Shown: positions 13,131-25,202 of the stretch, in pieces
How positions within the stretch are numbered: the first letter of the stretch is position 1
Layout of the letters: every line of letters begins with the position of its first letter
Assembly: GCF_006345805.1 (NCBI RefSeq)
Contig: NC_043002.1
Location: forward strand, 109,058,001-109,122,000
Reading direction: 5' to 3'
DNA: 64,000 nt
Source: Octopus sinensis
Lineage: Eukaryota
The notes under the pieces: model-generated
The model's database searches: none
Told to the model about the DNA's origin: nothing
Seen by the model: the letters and a program-made list of their open reading frames with translations, nothing else
Program-made: the position numbers and the translations under genes

Positions 13131-14099
13131 CCTTTGTACATTGACCAGTAATTTGTTGAGGCAGATTTTCTATGGCCAACCCTTGTCTGTTTCCAAGCAA
13201 GGTAATGTTCCCCCATGGCCAAACATGTTCTTGCAGAAATTAATGTCACTGCTTGTCTGATAATGCTCCTTGTTTATAACAGTCACTCAGTGTCAAGACT
13301 GGAGAGTCTAACACACACATGCATATACATACACACACACACACATACTGATGCATACATAATATATATCATCATCATCGTTACCATTTAATGTCTGTTC
13401 TCCATGCTCACATGGGTTGGCAGATCTGGCGAGCCAGAGGGCTATGCCAGGTTCCAGTTGTCTCTTTTGGCAATGGTTTCTGTGGCTGGATTCCCTTCCT
13501 AATGCCAACATGTACATATGTTGGTATTTTGGCCAGCCTTTTGTAGAAGACACTTTCCCTTGGTGCCATGCAGTGGAACTGAACCTAAAACTAGTCCATT
13601 CCAAACAGAAATACCTTGTAGTATTTTGCCCACATTAGACAAACCTCCCTAACACTAGCTTAATGGTAACTGAGTTATTTTACTAAATTCTTTGTTATAT
13701 TTAAAGTAATTGAAAGAAACACAGAGCAGCTCAAAATAAATACAGTAACAAAAGCGTTAAAATATGGTTGACAGTGTCTTTAGCAAAATAAGTCAAGTAA
13801 GTGCAAGGAGCAACTTAGTCAAAGTTCCTTCCTTGAATTTAGAATTGGTATTTCTTTGGTTTTGTGGAGGCATGTAGCCTAGTGATTAGGATGTTAGACT
13901 CATGATCGTAAGATTGTAGTTTCAATTCCTTGACCAGGCAATATGTTGCATTTTGAGCAAAACACTTCATTTCACATTGCTCCAGTCCACTAAGCTGGCA
14001 AAAATAAGTAATCCTCTGGTGGACCAGCATCTTGTCCCAGGGGTAAATATATATATATATATATATCCATTGCCCATCATTTTAAATCCAGGCTTTGTC

Positions 14100-14790
14100 C
14101 CCGTTAATAGGGGTGGCGAGATCTACCTCTGTGCCATAGCAACCATCCTCACACCATTTAACCATCTTGCCCAGTTTGGGGCATCCTCCCTTCTCAAGCC
14201 AACCCTCCCAATCTCCTCCTCCACTTTTTCCTCGATCTACCTTGCTTTCTTGGTCCATTTATCTCAAACTCTAGCACCCTCTTCAGAACATGCTCCTCAT
14301 CTCTCCTCAACACATGCCCATACCACCACACTCCATTTGCCCTTGCCAGCCGTTCCACCGATTCCTCCAACCCCAGCATCCCCATCAAGTCCTCAGTCCT
14401 CCTCTTATCAAACAGCCTCACACCACACATCTCTCTCACCATTGCTCTCTCAGTCCTTCTCAAAATTGCCATCTCTCTCCCCCTCAGACACCATGTCTCA
14501 CTCCCATACAGCACTGCTGCTCTCACACAACTCCTATAGACCTTTCCTTTCATCTTCAATGAGAACCTTTTCCCATATAATAATGCTCCACATTCCCTGA
14601 ACTTCACCCAGCCACTCTTGCTGTCACACCTGCTTCACATCCATCCTGTCTCCCAAATATCAAAACCCACTCATCGTCTCCACCTCATCACATAGTGTTT
14701 CCACTGACTTCACCAGCCCTCCAGCTCTTTTCTCACATCTTCCACAAACAAACTTTCTTGCCAGTCTTGCCAGTCACCATCTTCATTTCC
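14100..14790 (-). mobile_element. RTE-clade LINE fragment (reverse transcriptase C-terminal region)
   Basis: ORF 14194-14607: KGKVYRSCVRAAVLYGSETW...WYGHVLRR...GPRKQGRSRKKW, typical RTE motifs. Confidence 0.85.
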
Positions 14791-15000
14791 ATACATCTAC
14801 CATGAGTAATAGCGATGGATAAATATATATATGTCATAGAAACCAGGAAACTGGCTCTTATGTGTCCATAGGGCTCGGTTTTACTAGTAACATTTTAGTT
14901 GTCTTTGTTCATTCTAATAATGCAATTTTATAGATAATAAAAGAAACTATTTGAGAGTATTTTGCTAATAAATATTCACTTGTCTCTTTTTCTGTTTCAG

Positions 15001-16434
15001 GTGGGTCGTACAGTTTCCGAGTCTGACACAACGGACACCGAGCCATCGACATATCCAAGTATAGAAGTTGTACATCATAAAAGGCTTCCACATTTACAAG
15101 GAATTCTGAAACAGTACTCGAAGACTATGTCTGAATCTAGTGATGAAAACGTTACGTTGTCTGCATCCCCCGATACTTCCTCAGTGGACAGTCCCTTTAC
15201 GACTGTCAAGAAATCGGTTTCATTTAACGAACGTATCGACCAAGCTATGTTCAAAACCAATTCCACGGTCTCCAGTATGCGTAGTATGTTGAAGAGTAAA
15301 CGAAAACGAAACCGACAACGTGAAGAACGCAGAAAGAACGGTCGGCGCCGACGGCGACAAAGTAGTGCGGAGAGCAGTGAAGGAGAAGAGACTAAGAAGA
15401 AAGGTACAGGGGAACATGGCAGTAAATCTCAGTCCAAAACACATGAAGGCAAAAATAATAAAAAGAAATCCACTTCATTTGCCCGAAGTGGAACCAAGCA
15501 GGAAGGTGGCGCCAGCAGTAGCACTGTGGATGAAACAGATGAAACGAGTAATACTGAGGCCTCTGACCATGATACAGACTCTGGTTATGATCAGAATGGC
15601 CAACCTATGCCTGACCCTTCACAAACTGAGCCTTCCTCTCAGTCTGAGAACAATAACTACAACTTCCGCTCCCGTAAAAATCCAGCCTCCAAATCGAAAC
15701 GAAACGGTAGCAAGAGATCGAAAAACTGTGCCTCACTCGAGGTTATGGAAACTAGCAGTAGCTGCAATAACAGCAAACTTACGGAAACAGAGAAAAGTCG
15801 TTTGGATAATTTAATGACAGCAGCTGTAAGTAATACCCTTCTGCCAGAACTTGATGACCCTGAAGTCCCAGAATCTCCTGATGTTGACTCTAATGAAGTA
15901 GCCACAGCACAAGTTGACCAAACACTGACACAAATGGCTGCTCTTTCCATTACTAACGACCCCAATAATAATAATACTTCAGAGCACCACACTTCAAATG
16001 GACAAAGCTTAGATACAGCCTTGTCTTCTTCCAGTTTCACCAAAGAGACAGAGGTCGATGTAACGGCGCCAACAACAGTTAGAAGTGAGGGTGAGGGAGA
16101 TAAGTTCGATTTTGATAAGTCGATATCAAAAGGGAACTCTGATGGGGATAAATGTAAAGATTTAAAAATCAACGGTAAAGTTGTTGAAGTTGATGAAAAT
16201 GTCGCAGATAAAAATTCTTCCAAAGAAAACGGCCACTGTATAGATACTTCCAATCTGAAGGACAATTCCGACAGCAAGAGCAAAGAGAGTTGTACAGTTA
16301 ATTCTTCAGATATTTACAAAGTGGATTCAATGCTTAGTTGGGAAAGCACACCAATGTCTAGTTTACAGAAAAATGAGCATCAAACTTACTGTCCATTTCA
16401 GTTCAGTAACAACATCTTGTTCGAACTGGACTGA
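15001..16434 (+). CDS. DNAAF2: Terminal coding exon (477 aa + stop), probable kintoun C-terminus
   Basis: Acceptor tctgtttcag|GTG, phase 0, inside the 490-aa ORF. Motifs RTVSES, GILKQYSKTMSESS and KKSVSFNERIDQAMFKTNSTVSSMRSMLKSKRKRNR resemble the invertebrate kintoun C-terminal region (recognised from memory). Coding status is high confidence, identity moderate. Confidence 0.65.
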   Translation: MGRTVSESDTTDTEPSTYPSIEVVHHKRLPHLQGILKQYSKTMSESSDENVTLSASPDTSSVDSPFTTVKKSVSFNERIDQAMFKTNSTVSSMRSMLKSKRKRNRQREERRKNGRRRRRQSSAESSEGEETKKKGTGEHGSKSQSKTHEGKNNKKKSTSFARSGTKQEGGASSSTVDETDETSNTEASDHDTDSGYDQNGQPMPDPSQTEPSSQSENNNYNFRSRKNPASKSKRNGSKRSKNCASLEVMETSSSCNNSKLTETEKSRLDNLMTAAVSNTLLPELDDPEVPESPDVDSNEVATAQVDQTLTQMAALSITNDPNNNNTSEHHTSNGQSLDTALSSSSFTKETEVDVTAPTTVRSEGEGDKFDFDKSISKGNSDGDKCKDLKINGKVVEVDENVADKNSSKENGHCIDTSNLKDNSDSKSKESCTVNSSDIYKVDSMLSWESTPMSSLQKNEHQTYCPFQFSNNILFELD

Positions 16435-16583
16435 GCTCCCATTACATCAACCCTGCTTCATTTTCACATTTTTATCTCTCAATAGGGTCACTTCATTGGG
16501 TCTTTTTCTACTATTTCTTTTTTCCTTTGTTTTTTATTTGTTTATGGTTCAGTATTAGAGAAGTACCACATTTAGCCCTTTGA

Positions 16584-16615
<32 letters not shown>

Positions 16616-16907
16616 TAATCCGTCGTACTCTGTTGAGACGAAAATGTTGCCTTTATCATCTATTTTCTTCTAAATTTGACAAAGAATATTTTAATATTCA
16701 CAACCTTAATTCTGATTCTTTGAAAAATATGTTGTGAATAGTTTTTACTGAAGTTTTTCTGGATTTCTTCAAACAACACACACACACACACACACTGATA
16801 CATACACTGATACATACACCCCATCAACACACACCCTACCAATCATATATTCATTCTCATTCATTAAATTTACCATATCACTGAAACCTGGCTTTAAAGG
16901 GCATACA

Positions 16908-16984
16908 CACACACACACACACATATATTATATATATATATATATAGAGAGAGACATATATATACTTATGTGTATATATATATA

Positions 16985-17053
<69 letters not shown>

Positions 17054-17066
17054 TTATATATATATA

Positions 17067-17121
<55 letters not shown>

Positions 17122-17165
17122 GATATATACATACACACACACACACACATGTATGTTTGTATGTA
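16908..17165. repeat. Compound (CA)n/(AT)n microsatellite in the 3' flank of the kintoun-like gene
   Basis: Direct inspection. Confidence 0.95.
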
Positions 17166-20100
17166 TGTTTGACAAAAAAATATCATTTTTTTGTTTGACA
17201 TTTTCCTATTATTTCTTCTTTTCCATTATTCTGTGTGAGTAAAACCATTGTTTTCTTTGGGCAGGCGAGGAGATTAAAGAAATTGTCATTTCTTAAAAAA
17301 AAATATGTTTCAAGTGGAAAAAAAGTTTTTTTAAAAATTAAAAAAAAAAAATCTTTGAAAATTCTATAAAATAAAAAGAAAAATACTCTGTGAAAAATCT
17401 ATTTTTAATGTTTTCTTATATTTGGTAATATTTAATTATATTGAAATGTTTATACGATATCTTCTTGAACAAGGTCAGTTACGTGGATGGTTTTTCTATT
17501 CTGCATCAGTTTGAAGTTGTAGATTAGTCAGAAGAAAGGCCTACCACCAAGCAAATAATTATCAGTTCCATGTAAAAAACATGATCCGAACGTGATTGGT
17601 GTCAGTGCCCCTAAATGTGGTCAATGCCAGTGCCCCCTGACTGGCTCCCATGCCAGTGGCACGTAAAAAGTACTATCCAAACATGATTGATGCCATCTGA
17701 TTGGCTCCTGTGCCGGTGGCACGTAAAAAGCACCCACTATACTCTTGGAGTGGTTGGCATCAGGAAGGGCATCTAGGTGTAGAAACCTTGCCAGACCAGA
17801 TTGGAGCCTGGTGCAGCCATTGGCTTTCCAGACCCCAGTCAAACCATCCAACCCATGCCAGCATGGAACAGGGATGTATGATGATGAAGGTGCGGTGGCA
17901 GCGGCGGTGGTTGTTGTTACTTTTATTCACGAAATACTTATAAAGTATTAAATTCAACCTAGAAAAGGAAAGACAGAACAAATTTCTGTCTATGAGATTT
18001 TGTTGAAAACATTGAACTCCAGCTTTGACTCAAGAACCTGTAAAACCTTTCATTACCACATTTTAGCTTTTGTTTCATTTAATTTTAAAAATCACCTACT
18101 GGCACTTATGCCCATGCTTAGTAGGGTGCCAAGAGCACCATCCAAGCGTGATCATTGCCAAAGCAGCTAATGTGCTTCTGGCCCGGTGGCATGTAAAAAG
18201 CAACCACTACACTCTCAATGTGGTTAGTGTTAGGAAGGGCATCCAGCTGTAGAAACTCTGCCAGATCAAGATTGGAGCCTGGTGCAGCCATCTGGTTCGC
18301 CAGCCCTCAGTCAAAATCGTCCAACCCATGCTAGTATGGAAAGCGGACGTTAAACGATGATGATGAAGAATTTAGTAAAATAACTTTGGAAGATATATTA
18401 ACAAGAGATTTTAATGGAAGGTTTTAATTTAGAAAAGTTGAAAGTAAGATGAGAGTTGGTCTCCAATGGGTTGGAGCTATAATTTCTGTAGAACCAATGG
18501 GTTGCTGACTATAATTTCTGTAGAAAAAAACCTTAACAAAACCACTGGAATCTGTCAAACCATTCAGCCCGTGTCAATATGGAAAATGGACATTAGAAGA
18601 TGGTGATGGTGAAGAGAAGAAGAATCTTTTAGCAGAATGGGTATTTCACTACAATCCAACATAACCAGGTGTTTGGCTTCAGTTTGTTGTTTATGTTGAG
18701 AAATTAGGAAAGGAACATTTGAGCCACATCTTTTTTTCCTATTTATTCCCCTTCATTTTGCCTTAATTTGATACTTTATGATGTCTGATATGTTTTTACT
18801 ACATTGAACATCCTTGCAGTTGATTCATAATTCCTATCTTGTCAGTGTAATTGTATCATCTCTAGATGATATATATTTATTACCAGCAGAGAGGCAGCAA
18901 ATCTTCACAAACATAGTTGAGGTATGAAAGTCATCTACGGCTTGAAGTGAGTGTGTTTGTGTATGTATGTGATCAGTTTAATATGAAATGAGCTGTATAC
19001 ATTCCAGCCGTTACAGACTGCTTAGAAGGAGAACTAAAGGTTGCATTCAATGCCAAGGTGAATCAACATAGCTGGCAGATTCTAAACATTCTAAGATGAT
19101 AAGGTCTCGAGTTCTGACAGCAAAGGTAAACAAAGGAAGTCTAAGAATAGACCGTTCTCTTTCGAAACAACACTGAACCAGCAGCAGAAGCAGCTGCAGA
19201 GCTGAACTGGTTTGAACTAGTAACCTGTAAACAATGTCTTTTACTTGTTTCAATCGTTAGAGTGTGGCCATGCTGGGGCACCATCTTGAAGTATTTTAGC
19301 TGGACAAATCAGCTCTAGTAACTTTGCAGTTCGGCAAAAGAGACCAATAGAATAGCATCAGGCTTTAAAAAAATAAGTACTGGGGTCAATTTGTTCAACT
19401 AAAATTCTTCAAGATACTGCTCCAGCATAGCCAGAGTTTACTGAGTGAAACAAAACGGTTCTACATAGAGAAATGAAGTACTGTACTGTAGAACAAGTAA
19501 AAGATGTATATAACATTGATGTCATAAGACTTTTATAAACTTTTGAAAGAAGGTTAAATAATTCTGTTTTTGGAATAGTGGTTCTTGAAGCACACACATA
19601 AAGCTATAAATAATAGCATTTAAATATTCTTTTCTGCTCTAGGCACAAGGCCCGAAATTTGGTGGGAAGAGGCCAGTCGATTAGATCAACCCCAGTGCGT
19701 AACTGGTACTTAATTTATCGACCCCTGAAAGATTTATCGATCTGTAAATGTCGTAAATGAATGTCACTGTTGTTCAAGCAGTGTTCTTTGCAGTCTTTCA
19801 AGAATAACACACCTGGTCATGGTTAAATATTACTTTGTGTGGAAAGAGGCAACAGTTGGGGACAGGAAGCTATAGAAGGTCTGCCTCACCAAAATGCTGT
19901 CCAATCCATGCAAGCATGGAAATGTAGATGTTGAAATGGTGATCTGATATATATATACATATATACAACTCCATAAGCCAGCCCCAACTCAACTCGTCCT
20001 GTCGAAAGACCCTTGTCCTACGTCATGGTTTTGTTTTTTATCCTTACCGTTATGTTTACGTTTTTGTATTCTTATTCGTGCTTTCTTATTGTTTTCACAT

Positions 20101-20347
20101 ATTTCTGTATTTTATTTGTGTACATCGTTCGTTTTTCCGTCCTTGTGTTGTATACATTCGAAGCTTTCTTCCAAGGGATTTAATGCGCTGGCTTAGATTT
20201 CCCTTGGGGGCTGCCCAGGTCGGAGCAATCTCAAGATTAATCAGCCGAAATTGCGAAGATGATCTGGTTCTTGACTGATGACTGAGGGCTTCAAATGTCC
20301 CGTCCTGTGGTTCTTGTGTTGTCTCCTAGGTGTTTCACGTTCTTGTC

Positions 20348-20447
20348 NNNNNNNNNNNNNNNNNNNNNNNNNNNNNNNNNNNNNNNNNNNNNNNNNNNNN
20401 NNNNNNNNNNNNNNNNNNNNNNNNNNNNNNNNNNNNNNNNNNNNNNN
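20348..20447. other. Assembly gap (100 N)
   Basis: Run of N. Confidence 1.
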
Positions 20448-21290
20448 ATTTGTCTATTTTGATTTGATTTGATTTGATTTGATTTTCGCTTGCCTCAACC
20501 GGTCTTCACAGGTGTCACAAGAGGAAGGTATGCACAGGTGGACTGACTAGTCTTGCCTGGTCTTCGGAAGGTGTTTTTATGTGCCACCGACACAGGTGCC
20601 AGATGAGGCTGGCGAACGGCCATGATCGGATGGTGTTTTGTTACGTGCCCACAGCACGAGCCGGTCGATGCGGAACTGGCTACGGCCACGTTCGGATGGT
20701 TCTCTTGTGTGCCACCGGCACTGGTACCACAAAGTATGTGCCACCGGCACTGGTACCACAAAGATACAGATTCCATTGATGTTCATCTATTTTGATTTGT
20801 TTTGATTTTGATTTGATTTTCACTTGCCTCAACAGGTCTTCACAAGTGTCACAAGAAGGAAGGTATGCACAGGTGGACTGACTACGTCCCAGGTAGGGGC
20901 CATGGTTATGGCCTGACTAGTCTTGCCGGGTCTTCGGATGGTGCTTTTATGTGCCACCGACACAGGTGCTAGATGAGGCTGGCGAACGGCCACGATCGGA
21001 TGGTGTTTGTCATGTGCCCACAGCACGGAGGCCAGTCGATGCGGTACTGGCTACGGCCACTTTCGGATGGTTTTCTCTTGTGTGCCACCGGCACTGGTAC
21101 CACAAAGATACAAATTCCATTGATGTTCATCTATTTTGATTTGTTTTGATTTCACTTGCCTCAACAGGTCTTCACAAGTGTCGCAAGAAGGAAGGTATGT
21201 ACAGGGGACTGACTACGTCCCAGGTAGGGCCCACGGGTTATGACCTGACTAGTCTTGCCGGGTCTTCGGATGGTGTTTTTATGTGCGACC
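20448..21290 (-). repeat. Tandem ~340-bp units derived from the RTE UTR, with (GATTT)n
   Basis: ttgcctcaac...aggtatgcacaggtggactgacta recurs near 20490, 20825 and 21158. Confidence 0.75.
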
Positions 21291-21300
21291 ATGTTCCCAC

Positions 21301-21468
21301 TACATATATATATATATCATACATATACATATATAATATATAATATACATATATATATCATTATATATATATAATATACATATATATTATATATACATAT
21401 ATATATATATTACATATATATATATAACATATATATATATATATATACTATATATATATATATATATC

Positions 21469-21540
<72 letters not shown>
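21301..21540. repeat. Interrupted (AT)n microsatellite between inverted repeat arms
   Basis: Direct inspection. Confidence 0.95.
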
Positions 21541-21541
<1 letters not shown>

Positions 21542-22064
21542 CCTGGGACGTAGTCAGTCCACCTGTGCATACCTTCCTTCTTGTGACACTTGGTGAAGAC
21601 CTGTTGAGGCAAGTGAGAATCGAATCGAATCAAATCAAATCGAACCAAATCATAGATGAACATCAATGGAATTTGTATCCTTGTGGTACCAGTGCCGGTG
21701 GCACATAAGAAAACCATCCGAACGTGAACGTAGCCCAGTACCGCAACGACTGGCCTCCGTGCTGAGGGCACGTAACAAACACCATCTGAGCGTGGCCGTC
21801 CGCCAGCCTCATCTGGCATCTGTGTCGGTGACACATAAGAAAACACCATCCGGCGTGGCCGTCTGCCAGCCTCGTCTGGCACCTGTGTCGGTGGCACATA
21901 AAATCACACCACTACACTCTCGGAGTGGTTGGCGTTAGGAAGGGCATCCAGCTGTAGAAACACTGCCATATCTGACTGGCCTGGTGCAGCCTTCGGGCTT
22001 GCCAGACCCCAGTTGAACCGTCCAACCCATGCTAGCATGGAAAGCGGACGTTAAACGATGATGA

Positions 22065-22068
<4 letters not shown>
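21541..22068 (+). mobile_element. RTE tail copy, inverted relative to 20448-21290
   Basis: Ends ccaacccatgctagcatggaaagcggacgttaaacgatgatgatgat; its 5' part is the reverse complement of the units at 20448-21290. Confidence 0.75.
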
Positions 22069-22102
<34 letters not shown>

Positions 22103-24689
22103 CATATATATATTCTTAAATCCTTAAAAATGTTTCAGTCCGAAGGCTGTGGCCATGCTGGGGCGCCACCACCGCTGAATGAGCTACATTAATATGCAAA
22201 TCCACCTCTTATACATGGCACTTGGTAAACAAGGGAGTTCGATGTCGCTGCCCACATCTGTGTCTCCTGCCGTGAGGTAGGTTCATCTGGGACCCCCTAC
22301 AAGAAGAGATCCAGTTTAGTTTTAAAGAAACCCACGTCCACAACATACAGGTCTCTCAGGCATTTAGGGAGGATGTTGAAGAGCTGTGGTTCTCTGAAAC
22401 CCAAGCTGTTGAAAGGTGAATATTTCAGCTAGCATAGTAACCAAATTAAAAATCAGAGTGGACTAAGTTCCAGGAGTTATTACCTCAGCAGGTAACAAAG
22501 ACATTTCCCCTCTTAATGAAAGGTAGATTGCGTGATGAAGGAGGGTTTGGATGGAAAAGACATGAGAAAGTTAGAAAGAAATGAGGTGAGAATGTTTCCC
22601 CTTAATGTGTAATATTAATGTGAATACAGAAGAGAGAAGACTTGGGTGCAAAAGAAGACGCTAACTGCTGTGGCTGTGTGATGTGCATGGATGTATGTGG
22701 ACTGTTGGGTAAAGAAGAAAACTGATTGTAGGATAAAGAAACTTATAAAGGAGATAACCAGATGTTTTGGAGAAGGCCTGACCAATCATTGCATATATGG
22801 TAAAATGATGACGATATATGAGATGAATCATTTTATGCCATAAAAGCAAAGGTATGATCCACGAATACATAAAACTTCTTAAAGTATGGATTCTATATTA
22901 TTCATTTATATAGCTCAAATCTGTTTCAGACAATTAACTTCATCTTTGAGACGAATACTTTTGAAAATTATTTACACCACTCTTAATCCATTAGCGCCCA
23001 TGGTCCATTTTTTAGGACTAGAAGGAAAATCCATCATATTTCTGCAACATCTGTATTTTTTCCGAGATACCTTTAATTAGTCTTCAAGACTGGAATGTCT
23101 TTCAAATACTGTAATAAAATTTTTTTTTATATATTTAGCATCAGATAAAGTTGTATAAAAAAAGATTTTTGGTAATAAATGATATTAAAAAATTAGGTCA
23201 GTAATGGAAATTTCAAAGTTCAATTCCAGGCTGGTACAATGTACACAAAGAGGAATCGTGATACATACTTGGTGATGAATGTGTCTTGAACGTATTGCTT
23301 CTCTAGGCATCAAATACACTAAAGTTTCAGCATTGAGCAACTGACTTGGAAGAAGCACACAAGATTATCCACCATCTTTCCAATAACAGCTTTGGCCCTC
23401 ATTTTGAATTCAACAGCTCTACCACTCTTGCACAGGTGTATAAAATTAACAAAAAACAGCACAACACCCATGACTTTCACAGACATTTTTTCACACTTAG
23501 AATTAATAAACCATAGAACAAACTACCCACACCAGCTGTTCGTTGTCAGGACACTGCATCCTTCAAAGATTCCATGCTTCCTGAAATTCACCAACTTTAT
23601 TCCTGATAAACTTAAGCACTCTTTCCTCTTTAAGACTCTTTTAATGTTCCCTATTCTGTGTACTGTGCAGGTATTTCTAGCTTTCATCACTGTCTTTCGT
23701 TACTTATGTCTGCTTTCTGTTTCCTCTTTTTACCTTTTCTAATGAGTTGTGGTGCACCTGAACACTGCATACAATAAGCTCAATATTATATATATATATA
23801 TATATATATATGCAGGTGGCACGTAAAAAGCACCCACTACACTCGCGGAGTGGTTGGCGTTAGGAAGGGCATCCAGCTGTAGAAACTCTGCCAGATCAGA
23901 CTGGAGCCTGGTGCAGCCCCTGGCTTCCCAGACCCCGGTCGAACCGTCCAACCCATGCTAGCATGGAAAGCGGACGTTAAACGAAACGAAACTATATATA
24001 TGTGATCAGAGATGAAACTAGTCAATGCATAATGTAAAGATATAAATATCAAAAATACGATTATCTCTGAGGTTGAAGTGGAAAGTTTATAATCTTATCA
24101 ACAGCAACAGTAACATCTAAGACATTTTAATGGAGATTCAAATTTGTCATCGATGCTTAAATTGTTTGGCTCTTCACTAACAATATTACGCATATAGCAA
24201 TTTTAAGAATGGTTTAACCCTCTGAAGCTGCACGTATGCTTTAGTGGATACGATTGTTTACCTTTACCCCTGGGCGGCACAAAAGTGAGCAGTGTATAAT
24301 TTTGTGTTTATGGCTCACTAATTGGTGCAAGCATCGTTACTTTCTACTGTAAACACGAAACCATATGAGTTCCCACATTTGTGTCTTCCAGGAGTATTGA
24401 GAGTCAAACGAAATCGCGACCAATAAAATGTATTAAAATATTGAAAATCGCAATCAAAGTCAACAGGAATAAATAACTCAGAGACGTCATTCATACGAGA
24501 AACAATAGTTAAGTTGGTGTTAACATATTTAATAGAGGAAATATTAAAAGTTAACTTGAAATAATTATGGTAAAACTGTTTTGCTGACGATGTTATAAAA
24601 CCAAATATGTGCAGAGTTGCCTCCCTGTACTTACCAAACTAATTCAAATATCATTAGGGATTCATACTATTTCCCTTCCACCACAGGAT

Positions 24690-25000
24690 AATTTCTAATT
24701 TCTTTCCCACCAAAGTACAAATATATGGGAAATTACCACCTGTATCATCTCTTGTGAAAGGTAGAAGAGTCCAGTTTGCTGGACATTGTTGTAGAGCTGA
24801 AAACGAGGTAATTTCTACTATTCTCCTCTGGAAGCCATCTGCTCGCGATACCAGAGGGTGCACACTCTCCTACCCTGATGTAATCTCCAGGGATACAGGC
24901 ATCCAGCAACAAGACCTCCGTAATGCTATGATGGACCGTAAAGTCTGGCATAACATAGTAAATTCCATTGTCTTGACCACGATCGAACAATGATGATGAT
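24690..25000 (+). mobile_element. 3' end of an RTE-like LINE
   Basis: RRVQFAGHCCRAENEVIS..LLWKP..DVISRDTG..LRNAMMDRKVW, stop, then tgatgatgat tail. Confidence 0.75.
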
Positions 25001-25202
25001 TTCTGATTAACTTTCGAATGCTCCCTGCATTAAAAACGTTAACACTAACTTGCTATTTGTAAAAGTATTTAATGTGCTTCACAGATATTACATGATCTGC
25101 CTTTACAAAGGGAAATAATGGAAATTAGTACATTTAAAAACCCCTCTCCACCTCACCAATATGATAAACTTAGACACAGTCTATCACACTGCCATAAAGT
25201 TA

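Noticed and set aside
13953-14600. 215-aa plus-strand ORF
   Set aside because: Antisense shadow of the RTE fragment.
15657-16283. 208-aa minus-strand ORF
   Set aside because: Antisense shadow of the kintoun-like terminal exon.
20200-20345. Possible ribozyme in the repeat shared with 5730-5855
   Set aside because: CTGATGA and GAAA occur in the wrong order and without compatible stems.
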